From Cyanobacteria bacterium J06626_4 (GTDB lineage Bacteria; Cyanobacteriota; Cyanobacteriia; Phormidesmidales; Phormidesmidaceae), in assembly GCA_038523235.1 (NCBI GenBank), contig JBCBJQ010000001.1, positions 147,546 to 211,545 on the forward strand: DNA of 64,000 bases, given 5' to 3'. Position numbers and translations under genes: made by a program. Positions 1 to 10,568 of the stretch are shown piece by piece (the first letter of the stretch is position 1; each line of letters begins with the position of its first letter). The notes beneath the pieces were generated by a model. It did not search any database. It was given only the letters and a program-made list of their open reading frames with translations, and had not been told where the DNA came from.

Positions 1-144
1 TTTCTCTATTTCTTTTGCCAGCGTGTTTGGGTCAAACCGAGTGGCTTTAAGGGCTTGCGGTTTTTGCTCTACAGCGGGGCTCTAGAGCCTGCGGTTTAAG
101 CGCGCGATTCGCAACTTATTCAAGACGATTCAGCTGTCTATTGA

Positions 145-1515
145 TCAACTCATGGCAAGTCGAAATAACCACACTTGAGTCGTTTGCTCTGCGGAAAAGT
201 TATTGTCACTGATCAGCCAGAGGCTAGCAGTACCGTCGGGCAGCGGCGGCCCCAACGTCATGCCCTCCAAGTTATCGATCGCCGCCACCGGCAGCTCGAG
301 CGTCGCAAAATCGAGCACCAGCTGCTTTTGAATCGGGTTGAGCTGCTCTAGGGTGGGCAGGCTGGCGAAGGTTGACACATCATTGGCGCTGCCGGTAGCC
401 AGTTGAAAAAGTTTGATTTCAAAGCCGCGAATGCCATAGACCCGTTCGAGGGCGAGAAAATGTCCGCCTTGGTCAATAGAGAGGATTTCTGAGAGACCAT
501 TGCTGACTGCGCCTAAGGGTTCAAGGCTGAGAGGATAGGGGTATTCGGCAATAAAAGTCGATTGGTCAGGGCCGATGAGATAGTGCAAAAATCGGTTAAC
601 TAAGGGCTGCTCGGGGTTAGGGTCAAAGTCTTGGGCCAGCGCTGATTCCGTCGCCATAAACAGGCGAAAGGGTTCAAAGGCGCCGGCGCTGGAGGCGGGG
701 CCGAGGGTGAGGGCCTCAAACCCTTGGTTGTCGCGAATGCCGCGGGCAGCGGACTCGTCGGTGGCCGCAGTGGAGATAAAGCGGTCGGGAATGCGAAACG
801 CCGTTTTGAGGACGCCCGTCGCTAGATCGTATTCGTTGAGGGCGGGGGGCGATTGGGTGGAGGCAACCCCTTCACTGGTAATCAGCAGCGATCGCCGGGG
901 TGAGAGCGCCATGCCTTCGGGGTCGAGGCGATCTGCAGGGTATTCATCACCGTTACTGTCTTTCAGGGTAGTGACCTGACGCACGTCAACGGACTGGATT
1001 TTGGACACGCCCTGAGCATCCAGCCCCGTTTGCATATCGAGGGTGTAGAAGCGGGAGGGGGCCAGTCGGCCGCGATCGTCTGACAGCGCATAAAACAGGT
1101 CGGTTTGCGCATCGTAGGCGAGCGCTGACAAACCGCCTACGGGCGTCTCGGCGAAGGTTTGCTCCGGCAAGACAGCGACATCTAACAGCTCAACGCTGAG
1201 GGGCAAGAACAGTCGATCTTCCGCACTCACCTGGGGCAAGGTACAGCTCACCGTTGAGAGGGCGATGAGGCCGATCAGCAGCCCGGCCATCGCCCTCACG
1301 CTCCAGGCAGGGCGGCACCAGCGCCGCCAACTGTCGCCCTGATCCAGTCTTCGCATGACAGGTTGCTTCACGGTCACCCCCTTGATTGCAGTCGCTAAAT
1401 TCCAGGGCCACCCATATCGCCACTCAGACGCTTCAGCAGCCCTCCCTATCGTAGAGTGAGTCACGCCCAGCGATGAGGCCCCCAGACTAGCCCTGACGGT
1501 GCATTGAGCTAACAC
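145..1515 (-). CDS. Esterase-like activity of phytase family protein, probable lipoprotein (true start likely downstream of 1515)
   Basis: GGLSAL..YALSDDRG, DPEG, NQGFEAL, DNLEGMTLG and ISDNNF motifs; hydrophobic stretch ending in LSTVSC (lipobox-like). Confidence 0.8.
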   Translation of the reverse strand: MLAQCTVRASLGASSLGVTHSTIGRAAEASEWRYGWPWNLATAIKGVTVKQPVMRRLDQGDSWRRWCRPAWSVRAMAGLLIGLIALSTVSCTLPQVSAEDRLFLPLSVELLDVAVLPEQTFAETPVGGLSALAYDAQTDLFYALSDDRGRLAPSRFYTLDMQTGLDAQGVSKIQSVDVRQVTTLKDSNGDEYPADRLDPEGMALSPRRSLLITSEGVASTQSPPALNEYDLATGVLKTAFRIPDRFISTAATDESAARGIRDNQGFEALTLGPASSAGAFEPFRLFMATESALAQDFDPNPEQPLVNRFLHYLIGPDQSTFIAEYPYPLSLEPLGAVSNGLSEILSIDQGGHFLALERVYGIRGFEIKLFQLATGSANDVSTFASLPTLEQLNPIQKQLVLDFATLELPVAAIDNLEGMTLGPPLPDGTASLWLISDNNFSAEQTTQVWLFRLAMS

Positions 1516-1551
1516 CGCACCCGACGCCCTGATTTAATTAGGGTGTTCTAC

Positions 1552-3540
1552 TTACCAGGCATAGCGGAGGTCTTGCTGAGTCAAAAAGGTTTGCAAGTCA
1601 TCGACCTGATCAGTCACCACAATTTGGGCGGGGGTAAGATTAGGCGGCTGCGCCTCTCGTAGCAGCCAGCCGGCAGTCGCTCCGGCAGCAGAGCCCATAC
1701 TCCATTCACCATAATGCACCCGCGTCATGGCATTGACGATGTGTGATCCGGCAATGCTTTTGCCGCCAATGAGCAAGTTGTCAACACCGACGGGCACCAA
1801 CGCCTCTAGAGGAATCTGCAACGGTTTCGCCAGCCGCTCGTTGACGCTCGCTCGGGTCGCCTCGTAGGAGGGTTGCCAATTGCGGTAGCGACAGCCGTGG
1901 ATATCAATGTCGTAATGGGTAAGGGCGATCGCGGTGTTTTGAAAGTCGCGCCCGCCGCTGATATCGACCCGCAGGTCTTGCTCGGTCATCATAAATTGCT
2001 CTTGACCATAGGCCGGTCGCCCAATAATGCGACGGCCTTCGCGAATGTAGGGCACCATGCTGAGCCCTGACTGGGTGCGCATCGGCCCGTCTGGGCCATA
2101 CAAAAACGTGAGCGGCAGCTCAGCCGTCGCTTGGTTGTCAATTAGCCATTCGGCAAAAAGTAGGGCATGATTTTCGCCGTTCTTGAGGGCAGCAATCGAG
2201 AGTCCGCCCATCCAGTTTTGATATTGCCCGGTTTGCTCCAGCGCCTCTGGCCCCAGAATCAATGGGTCGTCCATGATGTTCCAATCATTACCCTGGGTCC
2301 AGTTGACCATGGTCATTTCGCCTGTGGTGGAGCGGCTCACCGCCGCATCGCCCGCATAGCGGCTGACGATCCGCCGATAATTAAACAGGCCGCGATCGTG
2401 ATACATCGGGAAGCCTTCCATGCCAAAAGCGCGACGATGCTCGGCCTTGGGCATCCCGGTTTCGAGTCGGGAGAGAGCCTGTTTGCTGCCGCCCTGGTCA
2501 TCCACGATCGCCATCACAAACGGGTAGGTGAAGGCTTGAGTACATTGAGGATTTGACTTCACCGGAGCGTTTAGCTCACCCAACACCTCTTTGCCATCGG
2601 AGCCGACGCGAAACGGCACTTGAGCCCAGGCCACTAATTCCCCGGTATCGGTCGAGTCGATCACGATCATTCGCTTGCCCGGTGGCGCTTGTAGGCGAAT
2701 GGGAATCTTGTCGTACTGGTCAGTGCTCGACCAGGCATACCAGTCATAGAGTTCGCGCGAAAGCCGCCCTTTGGGCAGGTATTGCGGATTTTTAGGCACC
2801 CGCTTGACCGCGTAGACCGCCGTAATATTACGCCCAGCCGTGTCAAAAGCGGCCCCCTTAAAGGCCGTCGAGGTGGCCCAGCGACTATTGGGGGAGGCCC
2901 TCACAGCATTCTGCAAAAAGCTTTCAGCAGCGGCAGCTCCCTTCTCGGGTAGAAAGCAGAGGTCGCCGACCCAGCAGCTATTCGTCTCATAGGTGAACTG
3001 GCGATCGCTCATCCCCGTCCAGGCTGGCAAATCGACGGGCTGACTTCGAATTAGCCGTTTGAAGTCACGCCAGCTGGGCGAAAAATTTTGCACTGCCCGC
3101 ATTGAGCGTGATTCATCAATCGCGGATACGCCCTGGGAGCTAATCTGCCCGCCCAACCAGGGCGTCAGTTCAATCAAGCAGGTTTGAGCGCCCGTGCCCA
3201 TGGCGTGAGCCGCGGCCCCGACCCCCCCTAAGGAACCGCCGACCACCACCACTTCGCATTCCCACACCTCTTGAGCGCGCGGCAGCGGCGAGAGATTGGG
3301 GCGACCGTTGGCTGCATGAATGTCATCTAATCCCACTAAGACCGGGCTATCGGTCAGCGACTGCCCAATCGTCGCCATCGCCACCGGCACCTCTAGATAG
3401 CCATAAGCGACATGAAACGCTTCTAATAGCAGGATGCCACCCAACACCCCGCCCAAAACCGCCATCGATAACAGCGTCATGCGACGTTTGCGTTGTCTCC
3501 GCTTGACGGCGCGGTGGCGATAGAGGCGGCGCGTGACCAT
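1552..3540 (-). CDS. Membrane-anchored FAD-dependent oxidoreductase
   Basis: Basic N-terminus plus TM helix; VVVVGGSLGG Rossmann motif, WLGGQISSQGVSAIDE, IDSTDTGEL, PYIREGRR. Confidence 0.8.
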   Translation of the reverse strand: MVTRRLYRHRAVKRRQRKRRMTLLSMAVLGGVLGGILLLEAFHVAYGYLEVPVAMATIGQSLTDSPVLVGLDDIHAANGRPNLSPLPRAQEVWECEVVVVGGSLGGVGAAAHAMGTGAQTCLIELTPWLGGQISSQGVSAIDESRSMRAVQNFSPSWRDFKRLIRSQPVDLPAWTGMSDRQFTYETNSCWVGDLCFLPEKGAAAAESFLQNAVRASPNSRWATSTAFKGAAFDTAGRNITAVYAVKRVPKNPQYLPKGRLSRELYDWYAWSSTDQYDKIPIRLQAPPGKRMIVIDSTDTGELVAWAQVPFRVGSDGKEVLGELNAPVKSNPQCTQAFTYPFVMAIVDDQGGSKQALSRLETGMPKAEHRRAFGMEGFPMYHDRGLFNYRRIVSRYAGDAAVSRSTTGEMTMVNWTQGNDWNIMDDPLILGPEALEQTGQYQNWMGGLSIAALKNGENHALLFAEWLIDNQATAELPLTFLYGPDGPMRTQSGLSMVPYIREGRRIIGRPAYGQEQFMMTEQDLRVDISGGRDFQNTAIALTHYDIDIHGCRYRNWQPSYEATRASVNERLAKPLQIPLEALVPVGVDNLLIGGKSIAGSHIVNAMTRVHYGEWSMGSAAGATAGWLLREAQPPNLTPAQIVVTDQVDDLQTFLTQQDLRYAW

Positions 3541-3761
3541 TGCAGGGAGGTTCTTAAGGATATCTAAACGTCTCAGAGTGTAGCAACAGAAACTCTGGAC
3601 GGGGCACTTTCTGACTAATTATTCGAGGTAAATTCAATTTCAGACGAATATTTCGATAGGGCAGTCCCTGCCGTCTATCTCAGTCGCCTATCCGCGAAGG
3701 CTCTGCTGACAGACACTCTCAGCGATCAGACTGCCAAGCCCTTCTGGCAATATCGGAGAGC

Positions 3762-3796
3762 AAAACAGCCGAGCCGTCCGAGGTGTCGGCTGTTTT
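3762..3796. terminator. Hairpin / likely intrinsic terminator downstream of the deacetylase gene
   Basis: AAAACAGCCGA ... TCGGCTGTTTT perfect 11-bp inverted repeat with A/T tails. Confidence 0.55.
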
Positions 3797-3880
3797 CAGA
3801 GGCTCCGGACAAACAATAAAGGTATAGAAATTTACGCCGAAGCTAGCGCAGACTTCTGAGATCCCGCTGAGCGATCGCCC

Positions 3881-4738
3881 TCAAGGACACAGGCTACCGA
3901 AGTGACTACTGAGGGTTTTGAACTCGGCCCCCTGCGCCTTGGCCACCCCAATCGAAGCTGCCAGCCCGTGTAAAAGCCTTTGCTCAGCAGCAGTGAGCGA
4001 GGCCGGTCGCGGCCACTGACCATCGTGAAACACAATAATGCGCCCCTGCCCCGTCACCACCGTCTGCACAATCTCTGCCACCGCCGAGTCACTGTTGATC
4101 GAGATCTCATTGAACATGGCGATACACATGCCATGGGCGTGAGCCAGGTCAACCACTGCCTGGTCATAGCTCCCATAAGGCGGGCGAAACCAGCGAATGC
4201 GTAGATTGGGCAACTGCCAGTGCAGGAGTGCCAGACCGTCAGCAATCTCCTGCTTTTTCTGCTCCCAAGACAAGGTCGTGAGATCGGCATGGCTATAGGA
4301 ATGCAGGGCTAATTCGTGCCCCTCAGCGACGATGCGCTCGATCAATTCGGGCCACATGGCCGCGTTGCGACCCAAGACAAAAAAGGTCGCCTTGACGTCA
4401 TGTGCTTGCAGAATGTCGAGAATCAGTGCCGTCGCTTTGGGGCTAGGGCCATCGTCAAAGGTTAAAAATATTTCTGGTGAGCGATCGCTGAGCCAGTCGC
4501 GAATGGTGTCTTGGGTTAGATCAACGCCCCCTAGCACCGGCGGCTGCAGCGGTAAGGGAATTCTTGAAAATGACGGGGTGATGCCAGTGAGGGTCGCCGG
4601 ATCAACGGAGCCTAGCAGCGAACTGACGGGACGAGCCCTTGCGACCGGCGGCACCGCAGCAGGATAGACGCGGTTGACCAACAGGCCCAAGAACGCCGAA
4701 ATCACCATCCCAAATAAGAATTTCTTGAAGGATGGCAT
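3881..4738 (-). CDS. Polysaccharide deacetylase (NodB / CE4 family)
   Basis: LTFDDGP, HSYSH, FRPPYG and VFHD motifs; N-terminal signal/TM segment. Confidence 0.88.
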   Translation of the reverse strand: MPSFKKFLFGMVISAFLGLLVNRVYPAAVPPVARARPVSSLLGSVDPATLTGITPSFSRIPLPLQPPVLGGVDLTQDTIRDWLSDRSPEIFLTFDDGPSPKATALILDILQAHDVKATFFVLGRNAAMWPELIERIVAEGHELALHSYSHADLTTLSWEQKKQEIADGLALLHWQLPNLRIRWFRPPYGSYDQAVVDLAHAHGMCIAMFNEISINSDSAVAEIVQTVVTGQGRIIVFHDGQWPRPASLTAAEQRLLHGLAASIGVAKAQGAEFKTLSSHFGSLCP

Positions 4739-5301
4739 TATCCTGAACGCATCGCCGGTAGCGGCAAATCACAGCGGCTTACACTGCAAGATTATCCTTG
4801 AAATCGCCGGCCAGAGAAAACAGCTTCAACAAAAATTCTCATCTAGTAAATGACCAGATAGCATCGGCTCTCAAGCTGATTGATTGAGGTCTTTGCCCCG
4901 CCTGGTTGCGTTTTTCCGTCTCGGGGGCGACATCCTGTAAACGTTCGCTGCAGTAGCTTGACAACCCCAGCGGTGCCCGCCTACCTTAGGCCATGCTCCC
5001 GTAGTTTGGGGCATGGCACTAGTAATAGTGTCAAACAACGCGATTTCAGGGTGTTGAGCTTTACAGGTGGTTACCGATGATCAAGCAAGTCGCTCGTGAC
5101 TAGCCCAGCCGTCCTGGCTAGCCGCTAGTCAAACCAGCGGCATCAATGCGGGTTGGCGCTTAAATCACCTCCCCCAGCCCCAACCGTGGTCAGTCAGGAT
5201 TTGCCCGGCTCCCATCCCGACTACTAGGGACGCTATTTTTGAGCCCCTCTCTAACGCCTGTAACCAGTTTCGAGTCCCCTTAAATTTTCCCGGTTGCTCC
5301 G

Positions 5302-6204
5302 ATGTTAAAAGCTTTTACCAAAGCTGATTACCTAATTCGAGAAACCCTGCTGGGTCTGCGGCGCGGCGGGTGGATGAACTGGGCCGCGATTAGCACCATG
5401 ACGGTGCTGCTATTTTTGTTTGGCGTCAGTTTGCAGGCCAGCTGGCAGCTCGAGGGCTTGCTCAATCAGTTTGGCAGTCAGCTCGAAGTGTCGGTGTATC
5501 TAGACAGCGGTGTGCAGGCCGATTCGTTGCAGGCGACGGTGGCCGCGCTACCCGAGGTAACGACCGTGGAAGCGGTACCCAAAGAAGCCGCTTGGCAAGA
5601 GCTGGTCACGGATCTGGGCATTTCTGATATTGCGGGGGCAACGGAACAGCTGAAAGGCAATCCGCTGGTCGATGCGCTGCGGGTCAAAGCGCGCCAGTCA
5701 GAAGCGGTGCCCACCTTAGCCGCCCAGTTGCTGAATCTGGAGGGCGTCAATGAGGTGCTGTATGTTGACGAAGCAGTGCAGCGCATCCAGCAGCTCAACG
5801 ATGGACTGCGATGGTCCAGTTTCTTCGTAATTAGTGTATTGAGCCTGACCGCGATCGCGGTAATTACGACCACGATTCGGCTGATTGTGATGGCTCGTCG
5901 CCACGAAATTGAGGTGATGCAGCTGGTGGGGGCAACCCAAATTTGGATCTATTTGCCCTTTATCCTCCAGGGCACCTTTTTTGGCTTAGTGGGTGCTGGG
6001 GTCGCCTGGGGATTGCTCATCGGGATTCACCAGTTTCTGTACGAGGTGGTGAACCAGCAGCCTGACTTTATTCAATTTGTCGTGAATGGCTTGCGCCTCA
6101 CCTCTAAGCAGACGATTTTGCTGCCTTCCTCACTGCTGGGCCTCGGCTGCGCTGTGGGGCTGATGGGCAGCCTGGTAGCCGTGCGAAAATATGCGCTGCG
6201 ATGA
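5302..6204 (+). CDS. ftsX: Cell division permease FtsX
   Basis: N-terminal TM, periplasmic loop, TTIRL...RRHEIEVMQLVGAT..I.LPF, three C-terminal TMs. Confidence 0.9.
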   Translation: MLKAFTKADYLIRETLLGLRRGGWMNWAAISTMTVLLFLFGVSLQASWQLEGLLNQFGSQLEVSVYLDSGVQADSLQATVAALPEVTTVEAVPKEAAWQELVTDLGISDIAGATEQLKGNPLVDALRVKARQSEAVPTLAAQLLNLEGVNEVLYVDEAVQRIQQLNDGLRWSSFFVISVLSLTAIAVITTTIRLIVMARRHEIEVMQLVGATQIWIYLPFILQGTFFGLVGAGVAWGLLIGIHQFLYEVVNQQPDFIQFVVNGLRLTSKQTILLPSSLLGLGCAVGLMGSLVAVRKYALR

Positions 6205-6326
6205 GGTAGAACTGAGCAGACGAAACAAACGTTATTCAGCCTCAACGAACACTACTATGTTGGCTCCCTAGCTCCCCTGCCCTCCACCTCAGAACGATGG
6301 ACGAACGGACACATTAGTGGCGCTTG

Positions 6327-6512
6327 CTATCTCCGCTCTTCCTCATCTTCGAGATAGGCGGTTTCTTCCACATCAGTGGTGTTCAGTTCGTCTTTGAAGC
6401 TCCGCAGGGTCTTGCCCAGGGCATTGCCTAGTTCAGGAATCTTTTTGGGGCCAAAAATCAAGAGACCGACCCCCAGCACTAGAATGACTTCAGTCCAGCC
6501 AATATTAAACAT
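6327..6512 (-). CDS. tatA: Twin-arginine translocase TatA/TatE subunit
   Basis: MFNIGWTE..L...LLIFGPKKIPELG..LGK.LR.FK. Confidence 0.92.
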   Translation of the reverse strand: MFNIGWTEVILVLGVGLLIFGPKKIPELGNALGKTLRSFKDELNTTDVEETAYLEDEEERR

Positions 6513-6656
6513 AACCAGGGCTCCGTAGGGATATCTTAAGTGAGAGAACGAATCGGTTGGGCGTCATCAGGCAGCCATTCAGAACAACCCGGTTAACGCG
6601 ATTATTGCCGGCAAGCGGGTCAGTCAAAGACTGAATTTACCGTACCATCTTCCCCC

Positions 6657-7859
6657 TTAAACACTGGCCTTGGCCGGTTCAAAGCGGATGTTGGCTTGGC
6701 GAAGCCGATGCATGGCTTCACCCAGGCGATCGCAGTCCGCGATCAGACTGACTCGCACGTAGCCTTCGCCCCCTTTGCCAAAGGCGTTCCCTGGGGTGAG
6801 CACCACTCCCGTTTGCTCTAGCACTGACAGGGCAAAATCGGTGGAAGACACGCCGGGTGGGCAGGCCACCCATAGATACATCGTGGCGCGAGTTTTGGTC
6901 ACCTGCCAGCCCAGAGACGCAAACTCTTTGATGAGAAAGTCCCGCCGAGTGCGATAGCGAGTTTGCACCGCTTCTAAATATTGGTCAGGCAGCTGCAGTG
7001 CCGTTTCAGCCGCTTTTTGCAACGCTGAAAAAATACCGTAATCAAGATTGGTTTTAAGCGTCCGCAGACCTTGAATGATGTGGCGGTTACCCACAACAAA
7101 CCCGACCCGCCAACCTGCCATATTGTAGGTTTTGGAGAGGGTGTGAAACTCGACCCCAATCTCTTTGGCACCTGGAATCTCTAGCAGGCTCGTGGGTTGA
7201 TAGTGATCAAAAGCAAGTTCCGCGTAGCACAGGTCATGCACCAGCATGATTTCGTAGCGGCGCGCAAAGGCGACAATCTCTTCAAAAAACTCGCGGGGCG
7301 CAGTCGCGGCAGTGGGATTGTTGGGATAGTTGAAGAAAAGAACTTTCGCCTGCTCCGCCACCGCATCAGGAATGGCAGCCAGGTCAATGAGCCAGTCATT
7401 ATCTGCCGTTAACGGCAGATCGACAATTTGTCCCCCCGCGATCGCGGGGCCGCGAAAATGCGCCGGATAGGCCGGCGTGGGCACCAGCACCACGTCACCG
7501 GGATTGATATAGGCCATCGCCAGATGCGCCAATCCCTCTTTAGACCCCAGCAGCGGCAAGGCTTCACCGTTAGAGTCGAGAGTGACGCCATAGCGGCGGT
7601 GATACCAGCGGGTAATCGCTTCCCGAAAGCTACCGGTGCCCTCAAAGGGCGGGTAGCCGTGGTTAGCCGCATCTTGAATGGCACTATAGGCGGCATCCAC
7701 CACCGGCTGGGGCGTCGGCCCATCAGGATTACCCATGCCCAAATCAATCAAGTCCAACCCGCGATCGCGGGCTGCTGCTTTGAGTTCTTCTAACCGGGCA
7801 AACACGTAGGGGGGCAGCCGTCGCACGCGGTCCGCCGGTTGCAGCCAATCCAGGTTCAT
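6657..7859 (-). CDS. PLP-dependent class I/II aminotransferase (aspartate / LL-DAP aminotransferase-like)
   Basis: DLGMGNPD, GSKEG, NYPNNPT, HDLCY, SKTYNMAGWRVG. Confidence 0.9.
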   Translation of the reverse strand: MNLDWLQPADRVRRLPPYVFARLEELKAAARDRGLDLIDLGMGNPDGPTPQPVVDAAYSAIQDAANHGYPPFEGTGSFREAITRWYHRRYGVTLDSNGEALPLLGSKEGLAHLAMAYINPGDVVLVPTPAYPAHFRGPAIAGGQIVDLPLTADNDWLIDLAAIPDAVAEQAKVLFFNYPNNPTAATAPREFFEEIVAFARRYEIMLVHDLCYAELAFDHYQPTSLLEIPGAKEIGVEFHTLSKTYNMAGWRVGFVVGNRHIIQGLRTLKTNLDYGIFSALQKAAETALQLPDQYLEAVQTRYRTRRDFLIKEFASLGWQVTKTRATMYLWVACPPGVSSTDFALSVLEQTGVVLTPGNAFGKGGEGYVRVSLIADCDRLGEAMHRLRQANIRFEPAKASV

Positions 7860-7943
7860 GCTGACGATGCCTCTCATACAGAGCTCAACGCTCACGGTCA
7901 GGTGTGCAAAATCTATCAGATTTTTGCCCCCTAGCGACCAAAG

Positions 7944-9107
7944 TTAACGCTGAGGCGCAGATTTTTCATGAGAGGAGGACGCTGACGCTGAGGTGCCAGC
8001 GGACTTGGTCGCCTTCATCGGCGGGGTGGTCGTGGTCACCAGTGCGCCCATGAGCGCCTCTGGAGTGACCGCAAACGGCAAGTGGTGAATATCCGAGTCC
8101 GGCTGGCAGGCAATGGCGGCAGCCTGCTGCAGCTCACTCACCCGAACCTCCTCCATCGCCATATCAGCCAGCGTTTTGGGCAGACCAATCGTGTCATAGA
8201 ACTGAATGAGTTGCTGACGAGAGGTCGCAGCGAGAGCCGATTGCTGGGCAATTTCTTCTAAACGCAGCTGCACCAAAATGCCATAGGCCACTTTTTCGCC
8301 GTGCAGCATGGGATGGCTCGCCGGTAGATGGGTCAACCCATTGTGCACGGCGTGGGCCGCCACGGTGCGACATTGGGCACCACCCAGGCCGCCCATCACC
8401 CCAGCCAACAAAACACAAGCATCAACGACCTCACGCCAGTCGTCACCGCCGGGTGCGGCCAAGGCTCCCGGAGTTTTTTGCCAGAGGAGGTCACGGAGCA
8501 CTCGCGCCTGCTGCACAGCGGCGATGGTCAAGGTATGGTCTGACGAGCCACTGCTGACGAAGCCTTCGTACCATTTGGCGAGGGCATCACCGATGCCCGC
8601 AATGAGGGTGCGCGGCGGCGCCGTGGCGATCAGGTCGTAATCCAAAATGAGTAAATCGGGGCAGCGATCTAACGCGACGTCGTAGAGAAACGCGCCGGTT
8701 TCTGAATAGACATTAGACAGCGCTGTCCAAGCGGCACAGGTCGCCGCCGAGGTCGGCACGGTGATGACCGGTAGCTGTCTCTGATGGGCAATGAGTTTGG
8801 CGGCATCTAACGCTTTGCCGCCGCCCACCCCAATCACGACATCAGCAGCGTGAGCCTGAGCTGCCGCTTGGAGCTGACTGAGGGCAGTTTCGCTGCAGTC
8901 ATTGCCATAGCTGGCTGAGCTGGCAGTAAGTCCCGCCAGCGCCGGCCTGAGAAAAGGGGCGGCGATCGCGAGGGTGTGATCGCCGCCAACTAGTAGGGGG
9001 CGTTGCCCTAACCGGGCAATTACCTCGCCGACAGTCGCCAGAACTCCGGCACCGCGCCTCACCTGGGCGGGTGCCACCATCAAGGTGGGAAACGTAGGTG
9101 TAGTCAT
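7944..9107 (-). CDS. Iron-containing alcohol dehydrogenase family, glycerol dehydrogenase-like
   Basis: GVGGGKALDAAK, PTSAATCA, GDALAKWYE, AHAVHNGL, HGEKVAYG. Confidence 0.88.
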   Translation of the reverse strand: MTTPTFPTLMVAPAQVRRGAGVLATVGEVIARLGQRPLLVGGDHTLAIAAPFLRPALAGLTASSASYGNDCSETALSQLQAAAQAHAADVVIGVGGGKALDAAKLIAHQRQLPVITVPTSAATCAAWTALSNVYSETGAFLYDVALDRCPDLLILDYDLIATAPPRTLIAGIGDALAKWYEGFVSSGSSDHTLTIAAVQQARVLRDLLWQKTPGALAAPGGDDWREVVDACVLLAGVMGGLGGAQCRTVAAHAVHNGLTHLPASHPMLHGEKVAYGILVQLRLEEIAQQSALAATSRQQLIQFYDTIGLPKTLADMAMEEVRVSELQQAAAIACQPDSDIHHLPFAVTPEALMGALVTTTTPPMKATKSAGTSASASSSHEKSAPQR

Positions 9108-9124
9108 CGCGTCAAACTCAAGGA

Positions 9125-9652
9125 TTAGGTGTTGTCTTCAGCGGTAGAGGGCAGTGCTTGCAGGGCCGCTTCATCGAGCTGAATCGAGAAGGGGGGTTCG
9201 GCATCGCGTTGAGGGGCAGGCTGAATCTGCCCCAAATAAACCAAATTAGAAATGCCACCAGATTCATGGCGAATTGTACGCGCACGAATGGTGGGCGTAT
9301 TCCCTCGGCTGCCTAAGCGGCTCGGCTTGAGCAAATTGCTGGCGGCCTGCTGCAGGGTGGCTTCCAGCTCAGGGGGGGTGATGGTATCAGGCACTTTGAT
9401 GACGATTTGAGCCGCCCCAGAGTCATAAACGGTGTTAAAGGGAATCGCCCCCGGCACGGTTGTGCGGGTAAACGGCTCAAAACTCAATCCCAGCAGCCCC
9501 CCGGTGAGCACCCCCATAAAACTGGTGATCCCCACCAGTCGAAAGCGAAATCCCCAGCCCAGCACAAAGGCCAGTAGGGTAATCCCCGCCATTGTCAGGG
9601 TGGCAATGCCGAAATACTTTGTGGCGACCAAAAATTCTGCAGGTGTTGGCAT
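9125..9652 (-). CDS. ycf51: Ycf51 family protein (DUF2518)
   Basis: WGFRFRLVGITSF, YDSGAAQIVI, LEATLQQAA.NL. Confidence 0.8.
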   Translation of the reverse strand: MPTPAEFLVATKYFGIATLTMAGITLLAFVLGWGFRFRLVGITSFMGVLTGGLLGLSFEPFTRTTVPGAIPFNTVYDSGAAQIVIKVPDTITPPELEATLQQAASNLLKPSRLGSRGNTPTIRARTIRHESGGISNLVYLGQIQPAPQRDAEPPFSIQLDEAALQALPSTAEDNT

Positions 9653-9916
9653 CGGTTTCCGGGTTTCAGCTAAAGGGGGCAAACAAACTCAAGTCTGAGT
9701 TTGCATAAAGATTCAAGTGGTTTTGAGTACTGATGTTTAGTTTCTGATCGTATCAGTTTCATCGAGCTTTGCCGAAAAGCCTATAGAGAGCTTTGGGATC
9801 AACATTGCCCTGGCTGTGGGCATACTGGCTTGCACGGTACTTTCGCGATTGAGAGTATCATGTGCCAAGCCATGCCCCCTGTGCATGGATCCACTATTTC
9901 TATGAGGACAGGTTTC

Positions 9917-10531
9917 ATGCTGACATTTCGCCGCCGTGGGGTGGTTTCAGCTAGTGTCGCGATCGCCCTATTAGCTGCGGGCTGTGGCGAATCAAAGGTA
10001 TCTCAGTGCAATCGCTTGGCTGAGATTGTCAACAAGGCGCAGGGATTTATGCCCGCCTTCGAAAGCAACATTCAAACCTTTAGTAGCAATGCCGCGCAGG
10101 TTGAAAGCTTAGACGACATCAAGGCCGCTGCTGACCAGTATGTGACGGCGGTGAATGAGGTGGTCAGCGATTTAGATGCCCTTGCCGTTGAGCTAGACAG
10201 CACTGAGCTGGAAGATGAGGAGCTGATTGGTTATCGCGATCGCTATATCGAGATGGTCGCCGGTTTTAGCGGTGCCCTCAATCAAGCCAGCGACGCCATG
10301 GGCATCGTTCAAGAAGTTGAAGCTGAGGCCGACTTGCCTGCCAAAATTGAAGAATCGCAGCAAGAGACGGTGCAAGCTGTCCAGCTAATTCAAGAGCTGT
10401 CGGTCGAAGAATCCACCATCATTAACGAAGTCAATACCTACTGTGGTGCAGCTGGAGCCGGTACGGCCCCCGAAGCAACGGAAGAAGAAGCGGCACCCGC
10501 CCCCGACGCCGAAGGTGGCGAAGCCCCTTAA
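9917..10531 (+). CDS. Hypothetical acidic helical lipoprotein
   Basis: Lipobox LLAAGC; KVSQCN..VNTYC cysteine pair; all-helical acidic body. Confidence 0.65.
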   Translation: MLTFRRRGVVSASVAIALLAAGCGESKVSQCNRLAEIVNKAQGFMPAFESNIQTFSSNAAQVESLDDIKAAADQYVTAVNEVVSDLDALAVELDSTELEDEELIGYRDRYIEMVAGFSGALNQASDAMGIVQEVEAEADLPAKIEESQQETVQAVQLIQELSVEESTIINEVNTYCGAAGAGTAPEATEEEAAPAPDAEGGEAP

Positions 10532-10568
10532 CCGCTCAGGTCAGTCTTCTGCCAAGAACAGGTCACCG

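Noticed and set aside
9726..9739. AGTACTGATGTTTA as a second LexA-like box
   Set aside because: Mismatched right half and no DNA-repair gene adjacent; likely chance.
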